Shown here in pieces: positions 40,152 to 49,805 of a stretch of 64,000 nucleotides of DNA; the first letter of the stretch is position 1, and each line of letters starts with the position of its first letter. The notes beneath the pieces are model-generated. The model was not told the origin of the DNA, did no database searches, and saw only the letters and a list, made by a program, of their open reading frames with translations. This DNA comes from Candidatus Latescibacterota bacterium (GTDB lineage: Bacteria; Latescibacterota; UBA2968), in NCBI GenBank assembly GCA_965116885.1, contig OZ220741.1, forward strand, positions 800,001-864,000, in the 5' to 3' direction. The position numbers and the translations under genes were made by a program.

Positions 40152-41125
40152 TGCAAGAATATCAATTTCCAAACCGTCCAAATTTCGACTTGCAATTCAA
40201 CCCCAAGTTCATCTATTACGGGTTAATTGTACTGGCATTGCTCTGGTTGGCCAGTGGCATCTATACAGTGCGGCAAGATGAGCAAGCAGTCGTATTTCGA
40301 TTCGGACAAGCGGTGCGCCTGGAAGATCCTGGCATCCACTACCACTGGCCCACACCCATCGAGCGCGTTGAAAAAGAGCGCGTATCAGAGGTAAAACGCC
40401 TCGAAGTCGGCTTTCGCACCATCAGCGTAACGCCCACGCCGAGATACCAGAAAGTCTCAGCCGAATCCGCCATGTTGACCGGCGACGAGAATATCGTCGA
40501 TGTAGAATTGATCGTTCAGTATCGCATCCGCGATTTGGAGAACTACTTGTTCCAGGTCAATGACCAGCGAAAAGCCATCAAAGACGTGACCGAGGCCGCA
40601 TTGCGTCAGGTCGTTGGGCAGCGCACCATCGATGAGGCTCTCACAGAAGGCAAGCTGGAAATACAGGAAGAGATACTGAAACAGGTTCAAGAAGTCCTGG
40701 ACCTCTACAAAATCGGCGTGCGCGTCGATCAGGCCAAATTGCAAACCGTATCTGTACCCCAGGAAGTCGATCACGCATTTAAGGACGTCGCCAACGCGCG
40801 AGAAGACAAAGAACGTCTCCGCAACGAAGCCGAAGCCTATCGCAACGACATCATCCCAAAAACGCGCGGTGAAGCCGAAAGAATGATCCGAGAAGCCGAA
40901 GCCTATAAAGTGGAGCGCGTCAAGCGCTCACAGGGCGATGCAGACCGCTTCGTCGAGGTACTCAAAGAATATCGCACCGCAAAAGACGTGACCGAAACGC
41001 GAATGTACCTCGAAACAATGGAAAAAATTCTGCCCGGCATACAAAAATACGTCGTCGAATCCGATGGCAAGGGCGGTATCCTCAACGTTCTCAACCTGCA
41101 AAAGCCATTAGGAGGAGGAAATTGA
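40151..41125 (+). CDS. hflK: FtsH modulator HflK
   Basis: SPFH domain, MLTGDENIVDV, AFKDV, RMYLETME. Confidence 0.92.
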   Translation: MQEYQFPNRPNFDLQFNPKFIYYGLIVLALLWLASGIYTVRQDEQAVVFRFGQAVRLEDPGIHYHWPTPIERVEKERVSEVKRLEVGFRTISVTPTPRYQKVSAESAMLTGDENIVDVELIVQYRIRDLENYLFQVNDQRKAIKDVTEAALRQVVGQRTIDEALTEGKLEIQEEILKQVQEVLDLYKIGVRVDQAKLQTVSVPQEVDHAFKDVANAREDKERLRNEAEAYRNDIIPKTRGEAERMIREAEAYKVERVKRSQGDADRFVEVLKEYRTAKDVTETRMYLETMEKILPGIQKYVVESDGKGGILNVLNLQKPLGGGN

Positions 41126-41126
41126 C

Positions 41127-41987
41127 ATGCGCAACCTCGTAACCCTGGTGGTCATTGTGATAGCAGCCACCATTTTATTGCAATCATCGTGTTATCTCGT
41201 GGATGAACGCGAACAGGTCGTCGTCACAGAATTTGGGCAACCCGTACGCACTGTACAGTCTCCGGGCCTGCATTTTAAGATCCCATTTATCCAGCAATTG
41301 CATACCTTCGAAGATCGCCTGCTGTACAGCGATGCCGATCCCAGACAAATTTACACACAGGACAAGAAAAATCTCATCGTCGATAATTTCGCCCGCTGGC
41401 GCATCACAGACCCACTCAAGTTTCTGGTATCTGTGCAAAATGTCTCTTACGCACAATCGCGCCTGGACGACATCATTTTTTCAGCAGTGCGCGAAGAACT
41501 CGGCCAACGCACGCTGGTCGAGATCGTAGCTACGCACCGCGAGGAAATCATGAAAAAAGTGACAGAGCGCTCCCACGAGGCAGCACTCGGACTCGGCATT
41601 GATATTGTCGATGTGCGGATCAAGCGCGCAGATTTGCCGCGGGAAAACAAAAACAACGTATTTGAACGCATGCGCGCCGAACGCGCGCGACAGGCCGCAG
41701 AGTACCGCGCCGAGGGCGAAGAAGCGGCCCTGAAAATCCGCGCGGAAACCGACCTTGAAGTCACGCGCCTCACATCCGAAGCCCTGCAAAAATCGCAGTT
41801 GATCCGCGGCGAGGGCGATGCCGAAGCATTGCGTATCTATGCCGATGCCTTTGAACAAGACCCTCGTTTTTTTCAATTCTGGCGCACCCTCGAAGCCTAT
41901 GAAAAAACCCTGGGTGAAGGAACCACCGTCGTGATGCCACCCACCAGCGATTTCTTCAAGTACCTGACCAAAAAGCGTCCGCGGTAG
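41127..41987 (+). CDS. hflC: FtsH modulator HflC
   Basis: PGLHFKIPF, DVRIKRADLP, RMRAER, FFQFWRTLEAY. Confidence 0.92.
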   Translation: MRNLVTLVVIVIAATILLQSSCYLVDEREQVVVTEFGQPVRTVQSPGLHFKIPFIQQLHTFEDRLLYSDADPRQIYTQDKKNLIVDNFARWRITDPLKFLVSVQNVSYAQSRLDDIIFSAVREELGQRTLVEIVATHREEIMKKVTERSHEAALGLGIDIVDVRIKRADLPRENKNNVFERMRAERARQAAEYRAEGEEAALKIRAETDLEVTRLTSEALQKSQLIRGEGDAEALRIYADAFEQDPRFFQFWRTLEAYEKTLGEGTTVVMPPTSDFFKYLTKKRPR

Positions 41988-41995
41988 AAATGGAC

Positions 41996-42026
41996 CGTAG
42001 GTGCGGGTCTAAAACCCGCACCTACG
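41996..42026. repeat. GTAG-bounded perfect palindrome (REP-like / terminator)
   Basis: CGTAGGTGCGGGT-ctaaa-ACCCGCACCTACG. Confidence 0.7.
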
Positions 42027-42044
42027 CCTCAACGAGGCAATCCC

Positions 42045-42977
42045 ATGTCTGCCCGTTCAACAAAAATCTCGTATCTCTGCTTTCTCCTCCTCTTCTCTTT
42101 TTCCGCAGCAAACGCGACAGAATGGCACAGATTTGAACGCGATGACCTCGCCTTATACCTCGCGCATAACGATACGGTTCGGGCACAGACATTCTTGAAC
42201 GCGCTCCTGATTGGGCGCAATGAAATCCGGCGCAAACTGGGCGGCACGCCCGCAATTCCCATAGCGGTTTATCTCGCACCGAACGAAGCTATTTTTCGAG
42301 AATTGACACACGGGCGCTTGCCGCATTGGAGCGCAGGAGTTGCATTTCTCGAATCGCGCACCATTGTTCTACAAGCCAGCGCCGACAACTTGCTACAGGT
42401 TGCGCGGCACGAATTTGCCCATATATTTTTGCATGCCATTGCACCATCGCGCGTGCCCGTCTGGTTTCACGAAGGCGTGGCAATGTGGGCATCGCACGAG
42501 TGGCGCTTGCGACAAAGCGCGGCTGTTTTTTACGCGGTCTTTTCGGAAAATTTAATCCCGCTCTCCGAAATCGATGAAGTCCTTTCTTTCCCGTCGGCAA
42601 AAGCCGACCTGGCCTACACGGAAAGTTTGCTGGCAGTCTCGTTTTTGATCCGTTTGGGCGGTCCCAATGCCGTGGTCGTCATGCTCTCCGAACTGGAAGC
42701 AGACGCACCCTTTGAAGTCGCATTATTTCGCGTAACTGGCGAAACGCCCCGCGAATTTGAACGGCGATGGCGCGATGATGTACAGGCGCGATTCAGTCTG
42801 ATGACACTACTCTTTTCACCCGATTTGATCTGGCTGTATCTCACCTTGCTCTTGCTGCTCGCCTATATATGCGTGAGACTGCGGAATCGCGCGACCTTGC
42901 GGCGGTGGGAAGCCGAAGACGCAGCCGAGGAATTGACCTTACAATTGCGCGTATATCGCCGAGAGGACGAGCAGTGA
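42045..42977 (+). CDS. Peptidase MA-like zinc metallohydrolase
   Basis: Signal peptide, HEFAH, PVWFHEGVA, C-terminal TM. Confidence 0.75.
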   Translation: MSARSTKISYLCFLLLFSFSAANATEWHRFERDDLALYLAHNDTVRAQTFLNALLIGRNEIRRKLGGTPAIPIAVYLAPNEAIFRELTHGRLPHWSAGVAFLESRTIVLQASADNLLQVARHEFAHIFLHAIAPSRVPVWFHEGVAMWASHEWRLRQSAAVFYAVFSENLIPLSEIDEVLSFPSAKADLAYTESLLAVSFLIRLGGPNAVVVMLSELEADAPFEVALFRVTGETPREFERRWRDDVQARFSLMTLLFSPDLIWLYLTLLLLLAYICVRLRNRATLRRWEAEDAAEELTLQLRVYRREDEQ

Positions 42978-43576
42978 TCATAGGCGTAACAGGAGGCATT
43001 GGCGCGGGAAAAAGCACCGTATGCGCAGTATTTAAAAAAGCTGGCGCGCGCGTAATCGACGCCGATGCAACAGGTCACGAAGTACTCCGCGATCCAATTG
43101 TAATTCGCAACCTGACCAACGTGTTCGGACGAGAGATTCTGGATTCCGACGGACAAATCGCACGCCGGAAATTGGGCAAACGGGCCTTCGCCTCTGACAA
43201 AAACCGCGAAAAACTCAACGCCATCGTATGGCAACCACTTCGGCAGTTGTTGCTGGACAAAATTCACGCGGCTCTGGACAGAGAACCCACACGCCCCGTA
43301 GTCGTGGATGCGGCCCTGCTGGTCGAGCGCGGCGATCCAAAAAAAATCGTCGATGTACTCGTAGTAGTAACAGCCCCCGAAGCCTTGCGGATTCAGCGCA
43401 CAATGGCGCGATTGGGCATCTCCAAAGCCGAAGTTGTGGCGCGACTATCCGCACAGTTGCCCGAAGAAGACAAAGTCGCGGTCGCGGATTTTGTCGTAGT
43501 CAATGACAAAACACCCGCCGTGTGTCGCCAGCGCGCGCGGGCTATCTGGAACAAATTGCAATGTGAGGAACAATGA
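42974..43576 (+). CDS. coaE: Dephospho-CoA kinase
   Basis: GTG start IIGVTGGIGAGKST, VIDAD, VVVDAALL. Confidence 0.9.
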   Translation: MIIGVTGGIGAGKSTVCAVFKKAGARVIDADATGHEVLRDPIVIRNLTNVFGREILDSDGQIARRKLGKRAFASDKNREKLNAIVWQPLRQLLLDKIHAALDREPTRPVVVDAALLVERGDPKKIVDVLVVVTAPEALRIQRTMARLGISKAEVVARLSAQLPEEDKVAVADFVVVNDKTPAVCRQRARAIWNKLQCEEQ

Positions 43577-44904
43577 ATTACACGCCGCATACAGAACGCG
43601 ATATTCAGCACATGCTCAATGTGATCGGAGTAGCATCCACAGATGATCTGTTTGCACCCGTTCCCGAATCGCTCCGTCTGAACGCGCTCAATTTGCCCCC
43701 TGGAATCAGTGAAATGGAGGCGACGGCTTTTGCACAAACCCTGACCGATCAAGGGCGCGAGACAACCCTATCATTTTTGGGGGGAGGTGCTTACGATCAC
43801 TTTTCGCCCAGCGTGGTCGATGCCATCATTTCGCGAGGTGAATTTTTTACAGCCTATACGCCCTATCAGCCCGAGGTGAGCCAGGGAACCCTCCGGGCTA
43901 TTTTTGAATTTCAATCCATGATTTGTGAACTGACCAACATGGAAGTCGCCAATGCGTCCATGTACGACGGCGCTTCTGCACTGGCCGAAGCCGTACTTAT
44001 GTCAGTCCGTCTGAACAACCGTACACGCGTCTTATTGCCGCGCAGCCTGCACCCGTTTTACCGCCAGGTGGTAGCGACCTATGTGCGGGGTATAGATCTC
44101 GAACTCGTGGATATTCCCTGGTCCGACTCCGGCACACTGGATATCGCCGCTTTGAAGCGCGAATTAAACGACAACACCGCCGCCGTAGTCGTACAAAATC
44201 CAAATTTTTTGGGCGTGCTCGAATCCTTAGACGAAATTGGCGACCTGATCAACAATACCAGAACAGCTTTTATAGCCTGCGTCAACCCCATATCCCTGAG
44301 CGCAATTCGTCCACCGGGCGACTTCGGCGCCGATATAGTCGTAGGCGATGGGCAGCCACTGGGCTTGCCCTTGTCTTACGGCGGACCTTATGTCGGCTTT
44401 TTTGCATCGCGGGAAGCACACATGCGAAAAATGCCCGGTCGCATCTGCGGCCAGACCACAGATGTAGATGGCAAACGCGGCTTTGTACTGACATTGCAAA
44501 CCCGCGAGCAACACATCCGACGCGAACGCGCCACATCGAACATCTGCACCAACCAGACCCTTTGCGCAACCGCAGCAACCGTGTACCTATCCTCGGTCGG
44601 ACCGCAGGGCTTCCGCGAAGTTGGCGAATTGAACTGGCATCAAAGCCATCGCGCATTGCAGGCATTGACCGCATTAGACAGTGTGCGCCAAAAATTCTCC
44701 GGTCCAGTATTTAACGAATTTGTTCTGGAAACAGACCGCAAAGCATCCGATGTTCTAACAGCTTTGCAACATCAGGGCATCGAAGCCGGCATAGACCTGA
44801 GCCAATTTTATCCCGAACTCGAAAATTGTATTCTCACATGTATCACAGAAAAACGCACAGACGCCGACATTGATCGCCTGATCGATGCATGGAGGACATT
44901 GTAA
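43573..44904 (+). CDS. gcvPA: Glycine dehydrogenase subunit 1
   Basis: TAYTPYQPEVSQG, NASMYDG, TREQHIRRERATSNICTN. Confidence 0.95.
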   Translation: MNYTPHTERDIQHMLNVIGVASTDDLFAPVPESLRLNALNLPPGISEMEATAFAQTLTDQGRETTLSFLGGGAYDHFSPSVVDAIISRGEFFTAYTPYQPEVSQGTLRAIFEFQSMICELTNMEVANASMYDGASALAEAVLMSVRLNNRTRVLLPRSLHPFYRQVVATYVRGIDLELVDIPWSDSGTLDIAALKRELNDNTAAVVVQNPNFLGVLESLDEIGDLINNTRTAFIACVNPISLSAIRPPGDFGADIVVGDGQPLGLPLSYGGPYVGFFASREAHMRKMPGRICGQTTDVDGKRGFVLTLQTREQHIRRERATSNICTNQTLCATAATVYLSSVGPQGFREVGELNWHQSHRALQALTALDSVRQKFSGPVFNEFVLETDRKASDVLTALQHQGIEAGIDLSQFYPELENCILTCITEKRTDADIDRLIDAWRTL

Positions 44905-46343
44905 TGGATCGCGATAAGTTGATTTTTGAACGCGGCGCGCCAGACCGTCGCTGTGTCGCATTTCCCGCGGCCGTGGATTCCGGAACAGCAATACCCGAAA
45001 CCATGCGCCGCGACATCCCACCCGGTCTCCCCGAAGTAAGCGAACTGGAACTCGTGCGCCACTACACCGCGCTCTCGCAGATGAACTTCAGCATCGACAC
45101 GCACTTTTATCCCCTGGGATCCTGTACCATGAAATACAATCCCAGAGTACACGAAAAAGCTGCGCGCATCCCACAGATCGCGGGATTGCATCCCCTATCG
45201 GAAAATGCCCAACCCGCCCTGCAAATCTTATGGGAAATGGAACAAGTGCTCAAAGCCGTCAGCGGAATGGATGGATTCACCTTTCAACCCACAGCCGGAG
45301 CGCAGGGCGAATTTGTGGGCATCTCACTGATCGCCGCCTATCACAGAGCACAGGGCAACGCGAAAAAAGTAGTCCTTATCCCCGACTCTGCCCACGGCAC
45401 AAACCCGGCAACCGCGGCAATCTGTGGATACGCAGTACAGGCAATTAAATCAACAGAACGCGGCACAGTCGATGTAGAAGATCTCAAAACGCACTTGACC
45501 GAAGACGTAGCCGGATTGATGTTGACCAACCCCAACACATTTGGCGTATTTGAAGACGAAATTGAAGACATCGCCGCGTTAGTACACGACGCGGGTGGCC
45601 TCTTGTATTACGACGGCGCGAACCTGAATGCCTTTCTGGGTCAATGCCGCCCTGGCGACATGGGCTTTGACGTCGTACACATCAACCTGCACAAAACATT
45701 TACCACGCCCCACGGAGGCGGGGGACCCGGCTCTGGTCCAGTAGGCGTAACAAAAGCCCTCTTGCCATTCTTGCCCCTGCCCGTAGTCCTGAAAGAAGGG
45801 GATACATTCAAACTCGACTTTGACCGCCCGGAATCCATCGGCAAAGTGAGTTCATTCTACGGCAATTTTGGCATGGTAATACGCGCTCTAATCTATGCCA
45901 AAATGCTCGGTGCTGAAGGCATGCGCCGCACCAGTGAAATGGCGGTCTTGAATGCCAATTATATCGCGGCAAAACTCGACCCCCACTACGACCGCCCCAA
46001 AAATGCACAACCCATGCACGAAATGGTATTCTCGGCATCGCGACAAAAAAAGGCGAACGGAATCACCGCAACCGACATCGCCAAACGGCTGATCGATTAC
46101 GGCGTCCATCCGCCCACGATCTACTTTCCTCTCCCCAATGTCGCGCCCGAAACCATGCTCATCGAACCGACCGAAACCGAAAGCCTCGAACAGGTTGACG
46201 ACTTTATCGAAGCCATGATTCAAATCGCAAAAGAAGCCGAAGAAAATCCCGACCTCCTCAAAGAAGCCCCCCACGCAACACCCGTGCGAAGACTGGACGA
46301 AGCAACCGCCGCGCGAAAGCCCATCCTGCGCTGGAAATTGTAA
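44904..46343 (+). CDS. gcvPB: Glycine dehydrogenase subunit 2
   Basis: YPLGSCTMKYNP, HINLHKTFTTPHGGGGPG, IEPTETE. Confidence 0.95.
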   Translation: MDRDKLIFERGAPDRRCVAFPAAVDSGTAIPETMRRDIPPGLPEVSELELVRHYTALSQMNFSIDTHFYPLGSCTMKYNPRVHEKAARIPQIAGLHPLSENAQPALQILWEMEQVLKAVSGMDGFTFQPTAGAQGEFVGISLIAAYHRAQGNAKKVVLIPDSAHGTNPATAAICGYAVQAIKSTERGTVDVEDLKTHLTEDVAGLMLTNPNTFGVFEDEIEDIAALVHDAGGLLYYDGANLNAFLGQCRPGDMGFDVVHINLHKTFTTPHGGGGPGSGPVGVTKALLPFLPLPVVLKEGDTFKLDFDRPESIGKVSSFYGNFGMVIRALIYAKMLGAEGMRRTSEMAVLNANYIAAKLDPHYDRPKNAQPMHEMVFSASRQKKANGITATDIAKRLIDYGVHPPTIYFPLPNVAPETMLIEPTETESLEQVDDFIEAMIQIAKEAEENPDLLKEAPHATPVRRLDEATAARKPILRWKL

Positions 46344-46371
46344 AACACCACACCAAAAGGCAGGTGCTATC

Positions 46372-47190
46372 ATGTCCTTCCAATTCACAGAAAAACACAT
46401 CGCCGATTACCATACCCTCGGCTACACCATTTTCCAGGACATCATACCCACATCCTTACTCACAGACCTGCGCAACGTCACCGACAACGCCAGAGAAATA
46501 GCGCGCAAAGTCACCGGCCCACAGGCACAGCGCCTCCAGCCCATCGCCAAATACGACCTCGACCAGCGCCCCTTCAAAAACTACGGTGAATTGCCAGAAC
46601 TCAACGACGCCATCCATCGGGTCCTCACCCCGCATCACTACCACGCCGACCTCGACCGCACCGGCATCCTCCTCGAACCCGCCGAATACCCCTGGTGTAC
46701 GGACTGGCACCGCGACTGGCGCGATCACATGCCCCGGGAAGTATTCGAATCCGAATTTCGCGAAGAATGGCAATGGCAATCCTTCCACATCGACTACCAG
46801 AACCAGATCAACTGCGCCCTGTACGAAGACCCCGCCACCTGGATCGTACCCGGCAGCCACTATCGCCAGCGCAACCTCCCCGGCGAAATCGCCGCCAAAA
46901 ACGCCTATGATCGCGACAAATTCCGCAACCAGAAACCCGTATCCAACGAACAACAAGAACGCGACTGCCTCGACTACACGCGCAACATGCCCGGTGCTAT
47001 TCAACTGCGCCTCAACGCGGGCGACTTCGCCCTCTACCGCTCCAGTGCCTGGCACCTTGGCAATTACGTCCCCTACCGCAAACGCGCCACCATCCACGAC
47101 TTCTGCGGCACACCTGAATATTCCCAACACATTAACGACCGCGTTGAAAGAAAAGAAACCGCCATCAAACGCCTTGCATCTGCGACATAA
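46372..47190 (+). CDS. PhyH-family dioxygenase
   Basis: WHRD, IVPGSH, LNAGD, WHLG. Confidence 0.8.
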   Translation: MSFQFTEKHIADYHTLGYTIFQDIIPTSLLTDLRNVTDNAREIARKVTGPQAQRLQPIAKYDLDQRPFKNYGELPELNDAIHRVLTPHHYHADLDRTGILLEPAEYPWCTDWHRDWRDHMPREVFESEFREEWQWQSFHIDYQNQINCALYEDPATWIVPGSHYRQRNLPGEIAAKNAYDRDKFRNQKPVSNEQQERDCLDYTRNMPGAIQLRLNAGDFALYRSSAWHLGNYVPYRKRATIHDFCGTPEYSQHINDRVERKETAIKRLASAT

Positions 47191-47343
47191 ACCGTCATGC
47201 ACATAACTATTGTCTCTGAATTTTTCTATTCGTAAATTGAGCACTACTGCGATAACAGTTCATCGGGACTTGTCCCGCCTTTGGGTGGCGGGGCAGGGTT
47301 CGTCTATTCGTTGATTCGTCTATTCGCATTAAGGAGCCACGCT

Positions 47344-48114
47344 ATGCAACTCACACCCGAACAAATCCGCGAATTTTACGACCGCGGCTACGTCAAAATA
47401 CCCGGAGCCATATCAAAAGCCATGGTCGATACCGCGCGTCAGGCCGTCAACCACTCCATCGGCACTCTGGGGCCAAATGGCGAAGACATGTCCAAACATC
47501 GCGCAGCGCAATTCTGTCGCGACTTGAATGGCGCCCCGGTTATCATGGACCTGTTCAACGCCAGCCCGGTCATCTCCCTCGCCGAATCCCTCATGGGTGA
47601 AGGCAACCTGCAAAAACCCATCAGAGGCGCGCAAGTCGCCCCGCGCTTTCCCACAGTAATCGGCGAAGTCCCACCCGAACCCCGCGGCCATCTCGACGGC
47701 ATGGGCACAGGCACAAACGGCATGCCAAAAGGCGTGTACCGCCGCGGATTCACGGCCTTCGCCGTCATCTATCTCGCCGACGTACCCGAACCCTACAGCG
47801 GCAACTTCACCGTCTGGCCAGGCTCTCATCGCTTCTTCGAAAACTACCTCAAACGCGAGGGCCTCGAAACACTCTCCAACGGCACCCCGCGCGTTGACCT
47901 GCCCGAAGGACCGGACATGGTCACCGGAAACGCCGGCGACCTCATCATCGCACACCATCAGATGATCCACACTGGTGGCCCCAATGCCTCGCCCAACATA
48001 CGCTACGCCGCCATCGCGCGCCTGCGCCACATCGACTGCGAGAAAAATGGCAACGAGGGCTTCCAGGACATCTGGCGCGAATTTCCCTGCGTGCGCGAAG
48101 CCATACCGGCGTAA
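47344..48114 (+). CDS. PhyH-family dioxygenase
   Basis: FYDRGYV, GHLDG, NFTVWPGSH, AGDLIIAHHQMIH. Confidence 0.8.
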   Translation: MQLTPEQIREFYDRGYVKIPGAISKAMVDTARQAVNHSIGTLGPNGEDMSKHRAAQFCRDLNGAPVIMDLFNASPVISLAESLMGEGNLQKPIRGAQVAPRFPTVIGEVPPEPRGHLDGMGTGTNGMPKGVYRRGFTAFAVIYLADVPEPYSGNFTVWPGSHRFFENYLKREGLETLSNGTPRVDLPEGPDMVTGNAGDLIIAHHQMIHTGGPNASPNIRYAAIARLRHIDCEKNGNEGFQDIWREFPCVREAIPA

Positions 48115-48247
48115 AGGGATCCGCAGAAAAAAACGCGAATAATTTGAGCGTTTTTCGCAGATGGACGCAGATAAAAGGCGAGAAGCGATGGAGAATAGAG
48201 TCTGGCGGGTTGAGGGACTGACAACTAACAACTAACAGAGGTTTACT

Positions 48248-49015
48248 ATGTCTATGACCATTACTGACGCGCAAAAACGCCAATTCGCCGAAGAAGGCTA
48301 CCTCAAAATCCCGGGGGCTGTCCCCAAAAACATGATCGAAACGTCACTTCGCGCCGTCAACCATTCCATCGGCAACGTCGGCATTGGCGGCGAAGACCCC
48401 TCCAGACACCGATCGGGATTCTTTTGCGCCGAACTCCTCGACGCACCCTTCATCCTCGACATGTACAACAAAACCCCGGTCATGCAAATCGCCGAATCAC
48501 TCATGGGCAAAGGCAATGTCCTCCCCGTTGAACGCGCCAAAACCTATCCGCGCTTTCCCCTCCCCCTCGGGCAAGAACCATCGCCACCGCGCGGACACAT
48601 CGACGGCATTGGCAGCGGCACCAACGGCACGGCCAAAGGCGATTACAAACGCTCATTCACCGCCTTCGCCGTCGTCTATCTCGTCGATGTCCCCGAACCC
48701 TACAGCGGCAACTTCACCGTCTGGCCCCAATCCCATCGCTTCTTTGCCTCCTACTTCACAGAACACGGCCACGAAGTACTCGCCAACGGCATGCCCCGGC
48801 CCAACCTGCCCAAAGACCCCATCATGATCACCGGCAACGCGGGCGACCTCATCATCGCGCATCATCAAGTCGTCCACGGAGCCTGTCTCAACGCATCGCC
48901 CAACGTGCGCCTCGCCACCATCACCCGCCTCAAACACAAAGACACCGACGAAATCGGCAAAGACGCGTACACAGACATCTGGCGCGAATGGTCAGGTGTC
49001 CGCGAGGTCCTGTAA
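48248..49015 (+). CDS. PhyH-family dioxygenase, close paralog of 47344-48114
   Basis: FAEEGYL, GHIDG, NFTVWPQSH, AGDLIIAHHQVVH. Confidence 0.8.
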   Translation: MSMTITDAQKRQFAEEGYLKIPGAVPKNMIETSLRAVNHSIGNVGIGGEDPSRHRSGFFCAELLDAPFILDMYNKTPVMQIAESLMGKGNVLPVERAKTYPRFPLPLGQEPSPPRGHIDGIGSGTNGTAKGDYKRSFTAFAVVYLVDVPEPYSGNFTVWPQSHRFFASYFTEHGHEVLANGMPRPNLPKDPIMITGNAGDLIIAHHQVVHGACLNASPNVRLATITRLKHKDTDEIGKDAYTDIWREWSGVREVL

Positions 49016-49021
49016 ATCAGG

Positions 49022-49804
49022 TTGACCATGACCATCACCGAAGCGCAAAAACAACAATACAAAGACGAAGGCTATTTCATTCTCGAATCCGTCATACCCG
49101 AGCACCACCTCGAACTCCTGCGCGATGAATGCCAGACCTTCATCGACACCATGCACGCGCGCATGGACGAGCAGGGTACAGACACCATCGGCATCAACCA
49201 CCGCAACAAACGCTACTTTGTCTCCAACTGCTTTCGCCAGCAACCCAAACTCCGCGCCTTCCTCTTCAGCGACCTCATGGCCGAAATATGCCGAGCCACC
49301 CTCGGCGAAAACGCATACCTCTTCTGGGAACAATACGTCGTCAAAGGCGCGGAAACCGGCATGAAATTCTCCTGGCATCAGGACTCGGGCTACGTCGGTT
49401 ATCCCGACCACAAACCGTACCTCACCTGCTGGTGCGCGCTCGACGACATGAGCGAAGAAAACGGCACCGTCCATCTCCTGCCCTATTCCCGCAGTGGCAT
49501 TCGCTCGTGGGTACACCACATCGTCGAAGAAGGCAGCAACGACAAAGTCGGCTACTTTGGCAAAGACCCCGGCCTCATTGCAGAAGTTCCCGCAGGCAGC
49601 ATTGTCGCCTTCTCCAGTATCGTCTTCCACAGCAGCAGCACCAACACCACCCCAAAACTGCGCCGCGCTTACCTGGGTCAATACTCCTGCGAACCCATCC
49701 TATCCCCCGACGGCAGCAAACTCTGGGGCAACGCCGAACCCTTCCTCCGCAATGGCAAGTCCACAGTCGGCGAACCCCCACCCGACCTGCCATCGAGATT
49801 GTAA
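49022..49804 (+). CDS. PhyH-family dioxygenase
   Basis: YKDEGYFI, WHQDSGY, WCALDD..EENG, VFHSS, RRAY. Confidence 0.85.
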   Translation: MTMTITEAQKQQYKDEGYFILESVIPEHHLELLRDECQTFIDTMHARMDEQGTDTIGINHRNKRYFVSNCFRQQPKLRAFLFSDLMAEICRATLGENAYLFWEQYVVKGAETGMKFSWHQDSGYVGYPDHKPYLTCWCALDDMSEENGTVHLLPYSRSGIRSWVHHIVEEGSNDKVGYFGKDPGLIAEVPAGSIVAFSSIVFHSSSTNTTPKLRRAYLGQYSCEPILSPDGSKLWGNAEPFLRNGKSTVGEPPPDLPSRL

Positions 49805-49805
49805 A

